From assembly GCA_046296155.1 (NCBI GenBank), contig JBKBLW010000006.1, forward strand, positions 46,230 to 110,229: a DNA stretch of 64,000 nucleotides, given 5' to 3'. Of this stretch, positions 1-8,329 are shown piece after piece (positions within the stretch are counted from its first letter, which is position 1; every line of letters begins with the position of its first letter). The stretch comes from Erythrobacter sp. (GTDB taxonomy: Bacteria > Pseudomonadota > Alphaproteobacteria > Sphingomonadales > Sphingomonadaceae). Both the position numbers and the translations under genes were made by a program. The notes below the pieces were generated by a model, which saw nothing but the letters and a program-made list of their open reading frames with translations, was not told the origin of the DNA and made no database searches.

Positions 1-725
1 GCCTGTATCCCTGGCAGAGCAGTGTGCGGCACGGTGCGCTGCCACACCCGCCCCCTGATCGAGGCAATCAGCTCGCGCGGCGCGCCTTCGAGTTGCACGC
101 GGCCTCCTGCCAGCACCGCCATGCGCGGGCACAGATCGGCGACATCCTCGACGATGTGGGTGGAAAGGATAACCACCACATTCTCGCCAATCCCGGCAAG
201 CAGATTGAGGAAGCGGTTGCGCTCCTCCGGATCGAGCCCGGCGGTGGGCTCATCCACGATGATCAGTTCCGGATTGCCGATCAGCGCCTGCGCAATCCCG
301 AAGCGCTGGCGCATCCCGCCCGAAAAGCCTGCAATCGCCTTGCCACGCACCGCCCACAGATTGGTTTCATTGAGCAGATGCTCCACCACTTCGCGGCGCT
401 CTTTGCTATCGGCAATCCCCTTGAGAACCGCCATGTGATCGAGCATCTGATAGGCCGAAACCCGCGGGTAAACGCCGAAATCCTGCGGCAGATAGCCCAG
501 CTTGCGGCGCAAGGCACCAGGCTGGGCCAGAACGTCAAGCTCGCCGAAGCGGATTGCACCGCTGGTAGGCGCCTGAAGCGTCGCGATGGTGCGCATCAGG
601 GTGGATTTGCCCGCCCCGTTGGGGCCAAGCAGGCCGAACATCCCCTTGGGGATCGTCAGCGTCACGTCATCAAGCGCGCGCGTGCCATTGGGATAGGTGT
701 GGCTGACGCCGGTGATCGCGAGCAT
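1..725 (-). CDS. ABC transporter ATP-binding protein (C-terminus runs off the window start)
   Basis: Absent from the ORF track because it has no in-window stop. My reverse-complement translation from the ATG (complement of 723-725) reads MLAITGVSHTYPNGTRALDDVTLTIPKGMFGLLGPNGAGKSTLMRT... It shows Walker A GPNGAGKS, ABC signature FSGGMRQR and Walker B LIIVDEPTAGLD. The + ORF 24..758 is its antisense shadow. Confidence 0.9.
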   Translation of the reverse strand, partial: MLAITGVSHTYPNGTRALDDVTLTIPKGMFGLLGPNGAGKSTLMRTIATLQAPTSGAIRFGELDVLAQPGALRRKLGYLPQDFGVYPRVSAYQMLDHMAVLKGIADSKERREVVEHLLNETNLWAVRGKAIAGFSGGMRQRFGIAQALIGNPELIIVDEPTAGLDPEERNRFLNLLAGIGENVVVILSTHIVEDVADLCPRMAVLAGGRVQLEGAPRELIASIRGRVWQRTVPHTALPGIQ

Positions 726-890
726 GATAATCCCCTGCCTGTATCCGGCGCATCTTAACCGCTCAGGCTTTCTGGAAAAGCCGTGTTGGCAGAGCGGCGC
801 AGGCAACTTGTCGATGGTGCAGGTGCTTGGTCGATGCCGGTTGCCTGCTGGTGGAGCGCCGAGCGAACCTTGTTCTACCTATGCAACTGA

Positions 891-1103
891 CCTCGCTTTG
901 CTTTGGCAAAGGTCTTTGGGCATCGCCAGCAGCCGCAAACCCGTTCCCCCGCGATGGAGCGGGCCGATATCCTGCGCAGCGCAGGCTGCCATGCGATCGC
1001 GGGCTATTTCTTCGGCAAGCCGATGCCGCTTGGCGAATTTGCCGCCCATTGCCGCCAGCACGGCGCGGCAGTCACACCGCCGCGCCGCATTGTCAGGGGA
1101 TAG
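891..1103 (+). pseudogene. C-terminal remnant of an EAL-domain (c-di-GMP phosphodiesterase) gene
   Basis: The frame of ORF 903..1103 reads ..LAKVFGHRQQPQTRSPAMERADILRSAGCHAIAGYFFGKPMPLGEF.. This matches the end of the EAL domain (..lAk.lG..vvAEGVEt.eq...L...GCd..QGY.f.kP.p). The AEGVE catalytic segment is degenerate. An in-frame TGA at 888-890 removes everything upstream. Confidence 0.4.
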
Positions 1104-1109
1104 ATCGCA

Positions 1110-3443
1110 TCAGCCACCCTTGCGGCTGGCCTCAACGCTCGCCATCACCTCGGCAGGCCAGGTCACTTGCGTCTGTGTCTGGGGGTTGAACAGATCGCCT
1201 TCATAGACCGCCTGGCCGGCCGCCGCGATTTCTTCCCGCGTGAGGAATTCGCTCGGTTCGAGAGCAAACACGTCGATCCCGCGGCTGATCTCGGTGCCGT
1301 AGATGCGGCCATTATACCAATAGCTTGACCAATACCCGCCCAGCACCAGCTGTTCATTGCTGATCGGTCCGCGATCGAAATAGGCGATCTCGCGGGGCTT
1401 GGCGCTGTCGGTGAAGTCCATCACGCTGATGCCGCCCTGATACCAGGCCTGCACGAACAGATCGCGCCCCGGCACCGGAATGATCGAGCCATTATGCGCC
1501 ACGCAGTTTTCCTTGTCAGACTGGGGCGCGGGCATCTTGTAATGGCTGCGGAACACCAGCTTGCCATCGACGATGTCGTAGATCGCATTGGCGCCCCAGG
1601 TCATCGGATCCGAAGCGCGGCACCGCGGACGCCCGCCGCCGCCCCATTCATCGGTGAAGATCACCTTGGTGCCGTCATTGTTGAAGGTCGCCGAGTGCCA
1701 ATAGGCAAAGCCGGTATCGGTCACCGCATCAATCCGCTTGGGATTATAGGGATCGGAAATGTCGAACAGGATGCCATTGCCCGAGCACGCACCCGCCGCG
1801 ATGTTCTTGGCCGGGAACACCGTGATGTCGTGGCAGTGATCGGTGCGGCTGGTGCGCTGGGTGCCATCGCCATGATCGCCGCCTTTCCACAAGCCGGCAA
1901 TCTGGCCGGTTTCCTCATCGGCAAAAACCGTCGGGCTCTTGACGATACGCGCCCTGGCAGGGTCAGCCACCGGGATTTCGATCACGTCCACCCGGAACAG
2001 CGCGGTGCGATTGTCCCCCGGCACCTCGCCGACGCAGCCTGCCAGTTCCTTGCCATCGCGGATGCCCGCAGTGCCGGAATTATAGACCACGATGGTCTTT
2101 TCATCCGCGCGCACCACCGAATGGGTGTGACTGCCCCGGCAGGTCTGGACAAGGCCGACCTGACGCGGGCGGGTGAGATCGGAAATGTCGAAGATGCGCA
2201 GCCCCCGGAACCGTTCGGGGCTGATCTCGCCCGTAACGCCCTGAAGCCCGCAATCGACCCGCCCGCGCGTCTGCTCGACGCTCATGATCAGGAGCTTGCC
2301 CACCACCGAGACATCGCCCTGCCCGCCGGGGCACACCACGCTGCTCATCAGGGCAGGCACGCCATTGTCGCCCAGCTTGTAGATGTTGAAGCCGTGGTAA
2401 TTGCCCGCGATCATCACATCGCCGAAAAACGCCATGTCGGTGTTGGCGAAATCAAGCAGCGGGGAACGCTCGGCAAACTGGGTGAGGGTGTCTTCCGGCC
2501 CGCGTTCGGCCTCATCGCTCTCACCCGCAGGAGCGGGATCAGCAGCTGCCGCCTTGGGGGCTGCGTGCTGTGCATGGTCCATGCCTGCATGATCCAGCGC
2601 GGCTGCGGGCGCGGCCTTGGCCGCGGCGGCCAGCTCCACCGCCTTCTTGCCCTTGGCAGGCTTGGCCGGGCGCAGATCAGCGGGGTTGTCAGGGTTGAAA
2701 AAGCCCGCCGGCTTCCGCAAGCTCGCCACCTTGGTGAGGTTCCAGATCGCCTCGCCCGCATTGTCGAAACCCGCTGCCAGCCCCGCGCGCGGATCAGCCG
2801 AAAGCCCGGCGAGCAGCTTGTCCATGCGCTCGATCTCGCCCTTCTGTTCGGTCTCGATATCGCTGATGAACTGGAACAGCACCGGATCAGCCGCGCTGCC
2901 GGGCTGCTTGAGCAGATCCTTGACCATGGTGAGCGCGCCGTCGTGATGGGTGATCATCAGGGTGAGGAACAGGCGATCGAACTCGACGCCCCTGGCCGCA
3001 GCCAGCGCCTTCATCTGGGCAGGGCTCGCCATGCCTGCCATGGTGTGATGCGCGTGGTCTTTCATTCCCGCCATGCCCAGCGGCTCGCCGCGTTCGGCCA
3101 GCCAGCCCTTCATGAAGGCGATTTCATCGGCCTGGCTCGATTCGATGCGCCCCGCGATGGTGACAAGCTCAGGCCGGTTGGTGCGCTCCTTGACCAGCAC
3201 CGCCATGTCGACCGCCTGCTGGTGGTGCATGATCATGCCCTGCATGAAGCTGACATCGGCGGGCGTATAACTGGCCGCCGCGAGCCTTGTTGCCTGATCG
3301 ACAGTAAGCAAGCGGCTATCCTGCCCCGGCGCGCCCGGCTGGATGATCGGCACGGACTGCGCAAGCGCCATGGCCGATCCGCTCAGGAGCAGGCCGGAAA
3401 GCACGATGCGTGAAGTCGAAAGCAGCGATCTGGTGGGGGTCAT
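1110..3443 (-). CDS. Secreted fusion protein: N-terminal DUF305 (four-helix, His/Met-rich) domain plus C-terminal LVIVD-repeat beta-propeller
   Basis: ORF 1110..3500. The likely start is internal, MTPTRSLL.. followed by a signal peptide ..GSAMALAQS. DUF305 signatures are MQGMIMHHQQAVDM and LMITHHDGALTM. A His/Met/Ala/Pro linker (DHAGMDHAQHAAP) follows. The LVIVD-type propeller shows FANTDMAFFGDVMIAGNYHGFNIYKL and GDVSVVGKLLIMSVE. Confidence 0.8.
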   Translation of the reverse strand: MTPTRSLLSTSRIVLSGLLLSGSAMALAQSVPIIQPGAPGQDSRLLTVDQATRLAAASYTPADVSFMQGMIMHHQQAVDMAVLVKERTNRPELVTIAGRIESSQADEIAFMKGWLAERGEPLGMAGMKDHAHHTMAGMASPAQMKALAAARGVEFDRLFLTLMITHHDGALTMVKDLLKQPGSAADPVLFQFISDIETEQKGEIERMDKLLAGLSADPRAGLAAGFDNAGEAIWNLTKVASLRKPAGFFNPDNPADLRPAKPAKGKKAVELAAAAKAAPAAALDHAGMDHAQHAAPKAAAADPAPAGESDEAERGPEDTLTQFAERSPLLDFANTDMAFFGDVMIAGNYHGFNIYKLGDNGVPALMSSVVCPGGQGDVSVVGKLLIMSVEQTRGRVDCGLQGVTGEISPERFRGLRIFDISDLTRPRQVGLVQTCRGSHTHSVVRADEKTIVVYNSGTAGIRDGKELAGCVGEVPGDNRTALFRVDVIEIPVADPARARIVKSPTVFADEETGQIAGLWKGGDHGDGTQRTSRTDHCHDITVFPAKNIAAGACSGNGILFDISDPYNPKRIDAVTDTGFAYWHSATFNNDGTKVIFTDEWGGGGRPRCRASDPMTWGANAIYDIVDGKLVFRSHYKMPAPQSDKENCVAHNGSIIPVPGRDLFVQAWYQGGISVMDFTDSAKPREIAYFDRGPISNEQLVLGGYWSSYWYNGRIYGTEISRGIDVFALEPSEFLTREEIAAAGQAVYEGDLFNPQTQTQVTWPAEVMASVEASRKGG

Positions 3444-3711
3444 GATGATCCTGTTGCCTGAGAGAAAAAGCCTCGCAGCAGACTGCCGCCTGGGCTGCAC
3501 CAGTCAAGGGCCCATGCTGTCCGCTGATGCGCCCATCGACCAAGCGCCGATGGCTTTCGAGCAAAGTCCGTGCATCGCAGCCAGCGTTTCCGATCGCGCC
3601 GTAGCCTCGGTTGAGCGTGAAAGAGGCTCAACAAGGCTTGCTTTGGCAGGGGACCCCTGCGTAGATTCAGTCGTTAAGATGGTGGCAAGCATAGAAGGGT
3701 AGCATCACGCC

Positions 3712-4761
3712 ATGATCGCACGTCGCCTCACAGCCTTTGCTGGTGCCGTTCTTGCTGCTGTCGCGCTCGCCGCCAGCCCGGCCGCAGCGCGCGGCCATGA
3801 CGATGTGCAAGCAGCCTTTGACAGCACATTCGGCACCGAGCTGCGCGCGCCGCAAAGCTATGAAACGCTTTACGCCAGCAATCTCGAAGCGCGCATCGCC
3901 GATCTCGCCAATCCGGCCCGCGGACGCATTGGCGTTGCCGCGATCGATCTGACGACGGGCGAAGAAGTGATGGTGCTGGGCGACCAGTTGTTCCCGATGG
4001 CCTCGACCAGCAAGGTTGCCGTGGCGGCAGCCTATCTCGAAATGGTCGATCGGGGTCAGGCCTCGCTGACTTCGGAATATGCCCTGCTGCTGCCGGTAGC
4101 CTCGCCCAAGTTTTCTTCCGCCAAGGCGCCGGTGCGCCCCGGCAACTACATGCCCGCGATTGATCTGATCGAGATCATGATCACCCGTTCGAGCAACCCG
4201 GCAACCGATTCGCTGCTTGCCGCCGTCGGCGGGCCAGGCACCGTGAACAGCTGGATGCGGCGTCACGGGTTCAACGATTTCAGCCTCAATCGCGATATCG
4301 CAACGCTGGTGCGCGATGATGGCGAATATGACCCGGCAACCCGGATCGACCCGCGTGATGCCGCCACCCCGCGCACCATGGCGCGGTTCCTGCAAGGGCT
4401 CTATCGCGGCGATTTCCTCTCGCCCTCCAGCCGCCAGGTGCTGCTGGGTGCGATGAGCCGCACAATAACGGGCAAGCGCCGCATCCCGGCGCTGATGCCC
4501 TATGAAGCGCGCGTCAGCCACAAGACTGGCTCGCTCAACAACACCTCAAGCGACATCGGCATTATCGAAACGCCCGATGGCCGGGTGATCGCGGTGGCAA
4601 TCTATGTCACCGGGCAAGGCACCCGCGCCGCGCGCGAGGACAAGATCGCGGAAATCGCCCGTGCGATCTATGATGGCTTTGCCGCCCGCGCGCAGAGCAA
4701 TCCGCTCAGCAACCCCAATCGCACCTGGACCAGCGCGCCCTACGGCGCGGGCGGACGCTGA
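3712..4761 (+). CDS. Class A beta-lactamase-related serine hydrolase, secreted
   Basis: Signal peptide AVALAASPAAARG. SxxK motif in MASTSKV. An SDN-like SSN in TRSSNPATD. KTG in SHKTGSL. An RDAATPRTMARFL block typical of class A enzymes. I could not find the ExxLN omega-loop Glu. Confidence 0.8.
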   Translation: MIARRLTAFAGAVLAAVALAASPAAARGHDDVQAAFDSTFGTELRAPQSYETLYASNLEARIADLANPARGRIGVAAIDLTTGEEVMVLGDQLFPMASTSKVAVAAAYLEMVDRGQASLTSEYALLLPVASPKFSSAKAPVRPGNYMPAIDLIEIMITRSSNPATDSLLAAVGGPGTVNSWMRRHGFNDFSLNRDIATLVRDDGEYDPATRIDPRDAATPRTMARFLQGLYRGDFLSPSSRQVLLGAMSRTITGKRRIPALMPYEARVSHKTGSLNNTSSDIGIIETPDGRVIAVAIYVTGQGTRAAREDKIAEIARAIYDGFAARAQSNPLSNPNRTWTSAPYGAGGR

Positions 4762-4764
4762 AAC

Positions 4765-4799
4765 AAAAAGGGCAGCGCCTCGCAGCGCCGCCCCCTTTT
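4765..4799. terminator. Bidirectional intrinsic terminator between convergent genes
   Basis: AAAAAG-GGCAGCGC-ctcgca-GCGCCGCCC-CCTTTT. A 9-bp GC stem with one A.C mismatch, an A-run on one side and a T-run on the other. It lies between the stop at 4761 (+) and the stop at 4819 (-). Confidence 0.6.
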
Positions 4800-4818
4800 G
4801 CTGGCAAGCGGATAAGGC

Positions 4819-5064
4819 TTATTCGCCTTCCATCATCTTTTCGGCATCAGCCGCAGCCTTCTCAGCGGCTTTGGTGACTTCGTCAGCCGTGGCTTCGGTG
4901 GCTTCCATGGCCTCTTCGCCCATGGCTTCCATGTCTTCGCCCATGGCATCGGCATCTGCAGCCATGGCGCCTGCCATGTCGTCGGCTTCCTTGGCGGTTT
5001 CGCCGCAGGCAGCAAGGGTCAGGGCAGAGGCGGCAACGGCCGCGGCGAGCATGATCTTACGCAT
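4819..5064 (-). CDS. Small acidic Met-rich lipoprotein
   Basis: 81 aa. Lipobox LTLAAC. The mature part is Met/Asp/Glu/Ala-rich (DDMAGAMAADADAMGEDMEAMGEEAMEATE...KMMEGE). An SD-like GAGGAG lies upstream of the ATG. Confidence 0.6.
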   Translation of the reverse strand: MRKIMLAAAVAASALTLAACGETAKEADDMAGAMAADADAMGEDMEAMGEEAMEATEATADEVTKAAEKAAADAEKMMEGE

Positions 5065-5283
5065 GATGAAATCTCCTCAGGTAACGCAGAGGCCGCACCC
5101 GGCTGAAGATTGATCAGGCGCAGGCCGGGGCGAAGGCGTCACGCCTGCCCTGGCGTGGCAGGCTAGTGCCATCGGTGCCATGCAGCAACCCGGTTGAGCG
5201 GTGCCCGCCCCCATTATGCCACAATCCGTCCCGCCGCTTTCGTCCCCCTACCACCACCGGCCTGCGCCTGCTAGCGAGGCAGC

Positions 5284-8121
5284 ATGACCGAGCCAAAGCC
5301 GCATCTCTACCTCGTGGACGGGTCGTCCTATATTTTCCGCGCCTATCATCGGTTGCCGCCGCTGACCGATCCCGAAGGCACGCCCGTGGGCGCGGTCTAT
5401 GGCTACACCACGATGCTGTGGAAGCTCGCCACCGATCTCGACGAGGCCGAGGGGCCGACGCACCTGGCGGTGATCCTCGATGCCAGCGGCGAGAGCTTCC
5501 GCAACGAGATTTACGCGCATTACAAGGCCAACCGCCCCGATCCGCCCGAAGACCTCGTGCCGCAATTCCCGCTGATCCGCGATGCGACCCGCGCTTTCAG
5601 TCTGCCCTGCATCGAAGTGCCGGGGCTGGAAGCGGATGATCTCATCGCCACCTATGCCCGCACCGCGCAGAGGATGGGCTGGAACGTCACCATCGTCTCC
5701 TCCGACAAGGACCTGATGCAGCTGGTGGGCGAAGAGAACGGCGCACGGATCGACATGCTCGATACCATGAAGAACCAGCGCATCTATCTGGACGAGGTCG
5801 AGGAGAAATTCGGCGTGCCGCCCGAACTGGTGGGCGATGTGCTCGCGCTGATGGGTGATAGCGCGGACAACGTGCCGGGCATTTTCGGCATCGGGCCCAA
5901 GACGGCATCCAAGCTGATCGCCGAACACGGCTCGCTCACTGCCGCACTCGATGCGGCACCTGCGATGAAGCCGTCGAAACTCAGGGATCGGCTGATCGAA
6001 GGGCGCAAGGATGCCGAACTTTCCAAGGTGCTGGTGACGCTGAAGGAAGATTGCGAACTGCCCCAGCCCATCGAGGAGATGAAACTCGGGCCCGTGCCGC
6101 CCGAACCGCTTGCCGCTTTCCTTGCGAAACACGGCTTCACGTCGCTGTTGAAGCGGCTTGAGACCGGCAATGGCAGCCCCGCACGCACAACCGATCTCAA
6201 TCCGCCCAAAGCCAGCACGGCAGGCGCAAAAGCCAATGGTGAAGAAAACCGCCAGCCGCTCCCCGAAGCGCCCAAGATTGACCGCGCGCTCTATGAAACT
6301 GTCCAGACGCCGGAACGTCTTGAGGAATGGATAGAACGCGCCATGGCCGCGCGGCTGGTGGCGGTGGATACCGAAACAACCTCATTGGATGCCATGCGCG
6401 CCGAACTGGTGGGCGTGAGCCTCGCGCTCGGCCCCAATGATGCCTGCTACATTCCATTAGCGCATGGCGGCGACGACATGTTCGCGCAGAAGCCGCAGCA
6501 GGTGGCGATGGATAGAGCGCTGGCGGCGCTCAAGCCGCTGCTCGAAGCAGACAGCGTGATAAAGGTGTTCCAGAACGGCAAATATGATCTCAACCTGTTC
6601 GCCCGCAACGGCATCCACGTCGCCCCGATCGAGGATACCATGGTCATCAGCTTCGCACTCGATGCCGGGCGCGAGCAGGACGGGATGGGCGGCGGGCACG
6701 GGATGGACGAGCTGTCCGAACGCCACCTTGGTCACACACCGCTTGCGTTCAAGGACATCTGCGGCACCGGCAAGAAGGCGATTGGCTTTGGCGAAGTGCC
6801 GCTCGATCGCGCTACCGCATACGCGGCCGAAGATGCCGATGTGACCTTGCGGCTCTACCGCGTCCTCAAACCGCGCCTTGCCGAAGAAGGCGGCACGCGC
6901 ATCTATGAGCGCGTGGATCGCCCCTTGATCCCGGTGGTCGCCCGCATGGAGCGCGAAGGCATCAAGGTCGACCGCGCGCGGCTGGCCAAATTGTCGGAAG
7001 AGTTCGCCAAGGAAATCGGCAGGCTCGAAGGCGAAATTCACGCCGTCGCCGGCGAGGCCTTCACGGTCGGCAGCCCCAAGCAATTGGGCGAAGTGCTGTT
7101 CGAGAAACTCGGCTACAAGGGCGGCAAGAAGGGCAAGAGCGGGCAATATTCGACCGATGTCTCGGTGCTGGAAAGGCTTGCGGCGGAAGGCGCGCCCATT
7201 GCCAGGCTGGTGCTGGAATGGCGGCAGCTCTCCAAGCTCAAATCGACCTATACCGACGCGCTGCAAGAGGCGATCAATCCGGCGACAGGCCGCGTCCACA
7301 CCAGCTATTCCCTTGTCGGCGCGCAGACCGGGCGCTTGTCATCCACCGATCCCAATTTGCAGAATATCCCGGTGCGCACCGCGATTGGCCGCCAGATCCG
7401 CGAGGCTTTCGTGCCCGAGGCAGGCAATGTGCTGCTGGCGGCGGACTATTCGCAGATCGAGTTGCGGCTCGCCGCGCACATGGCAGGCGTCGATACGCTC
7501 AAAGAGGCCTTCGCCCATGGCGAGGATATCCATGCCCGCACCGCGCGCGAAATGTTTGGCGAAGTCACCCGCGACACCCGCGCGCGCGCCAAGACGATCA
7601 ATTTCGCGATCCTTTACGGCATTTCACGCTGGGGCCTGGCCAGCCGCCTCGAAGTGACGCCGGAAGAAGCGCAGGCGATGATCGACACCTATTTCCAGCG
7701 CTTCCCCGGCATCCAGCGCTATATTCTGGAAACCTTGGAAAGCGTGCGCAGCCGTGGCTATTCCGAAACCCTGTTCGGCCGCAAGACATGGTTTCCGCGC
7801 ATCAATTCCAAGAACCAGGCCGAACGGCAAGGCTCAGAGCGCGCGGCGATCAACGCGCCTATTCAGGGCACCAGCGCCGACATCATCAAGCGCGCGATGG
7901 CGCGGATGCTGCCAGCGCTCGCCGAGGCGGGGCTGCACGATGTGCGGATGCTGCTTCAGGTGCACGATGAATTGGTGTTCGAATTGCCTGAGGCGCGCGT
8001 GGAGGCGGCAACCCCGATCATCCGGCAGGTGATGGCCGAGGCCGCCCTGCCCGCGGTAACCCTCTCCGTGCCGCTCGGCGTCGATATCGGCACGGGGCCA
8101 AGCTGGGACGCGGCGCATTAG
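5284..8121 (+). CDS. polA: DNA polymerase I
   Basis: 945 aa. 5'-nuclease N-terminus (LYLVDGSSYIFRAYH), 3'-5' exonuclease domain (VAVDTETTSLD), and polymerase motifs (LLAADYSQIELRLAAH, QVHDELVFE). Confidence 0.97.
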   Translation: MTEPKPHLYLVDGSSYIFRAYHRLPPLTDPEGTPVGAVYGYTTMLWKLATDLDEAEGPTHLAVILDASGESFRNEIYAHYKANRPDPPEDLVPQFPLIRDATRAFSLPCIEVPGLEADDLIATYARTAQRMGWNVTIVSSDKDLMQLVGEENGARIDMLDTMKNQRIYLDEVEEKFGVPPELVGDVLALMGDSADNVPGIFGIGPKTASKLIAEHGSLTAALDAAPAMKPSKLRDRLIEGRKDAELSKVLVTLKEDCELPQPIEEMKLGPVPPEPLAAFLAKHGFTSLLKRLETGNGSPARTTDLNPPKASTAGAKANGEENRQPLPEAPKIDRALYETVQTPERLEEWIERAMAARLVAVDTETTSLDAMRAELVGVSLALGPNDACYIPLAHGGDDMFAQKPQQVAMDRALAALKPLLEADSVIKVFQNGKYDLNLFARNGIHVAPIEDTMVISFALDAGREQDGMGGGHGMDELSERHLGHTPLAFKDICGTGKKAIGFGEVPLDRATAYAAEDADVTLRLYRVLKPRLAEEGGTRIYERVDRPLIPVVARMEREGIKVDRARLAKLSEEFAKEIGRLEGEIHAVAGEAFTVGSPKQLGEVLFEKLGYKGGKKGKSGQYSTDVSVLERLAAEGAPIARLVLEWRQLSKLKSTYTDALQEAINPATGRVHTSYSLVGAQTGRLSSTDPNLQNIPVRTAIGRQIREAFVPEAGNVLLAADYSQIELRLAAHMAGVDTLKEAFAHGEDIHARTAREMFGEVTRDTRARAKTINFAILYGISRWGLASRLEVTPEEAQAMIDTYFQRFPGIQRYILETLESVRSRGYSETLFGRKTWFPRINSKNQAERQGSERAAINAPIQGTSADIIKRAMARMLPALAEAGLHDVRMLLQVHDELVFELPEARVEAATPIIRQVMAEAALPAVTLSVPLGVDIGTGPSWDAAH

Positions 8122-8224
8122 AGCGTTTTCAAGCCGGGTGGAATCACCCGGCGACCCGGAAAACGCGGTGACACAACAAATTAGAGCGGTTGATCGGATA
8201 TAATCAGAGCGGAAACCGCTCTAG
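8119..8224. repeat. REP-like nested palindromic element (TAGAGCG.. type)
   Basis: Inverted repeats GCGTTTTC(8123-8130)/GAAAACGC(8159-8166) enclose CCGGGTG-gaat-CACCCGG. These are followed by AGAGCGGTT(8183-8191)/AACCGCTCT(8214-8222) and AGAGCGG-aaa-CCGCTCT. The element starts at the polA stop codon. Confidence 0.45.
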
Positions 8225-8232
8225 GCGTTGAT

Positions 8233-8320
8233 CCTCCCCTCCCCAAGGGCTGGGGGTGGGGGCTCCACGATCTCTTTTGGCAAAACCCCCATCCCCAACC
8301 CCTGCCCAGAGGGGAAGGGG
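8233..8320. repeat. C-tract/G-tract palindromic elements (CCCCTCCCC..GGGGGTGGGG type)
   Basis: CCTCCCCTCCCCaagggctGGGGGTGGGGG and CCCCCATCCCCAACCCCTgcccAGAGGGGAAGGGG form two imperfect hairpins between the convergent polA and cdc48-like genes. Confidence 0.4.
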
Positions 8321-8329
8321 CTAGGCATC

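Noticed and set aside
3560-3580. An RNase P RNA-like AAAGTCCG motif in the 3443-3712 spacer.
   Set aside because: It is an isolated 8-mer. The spacer is too short and lacks the other conserved RNase P RNA regions.
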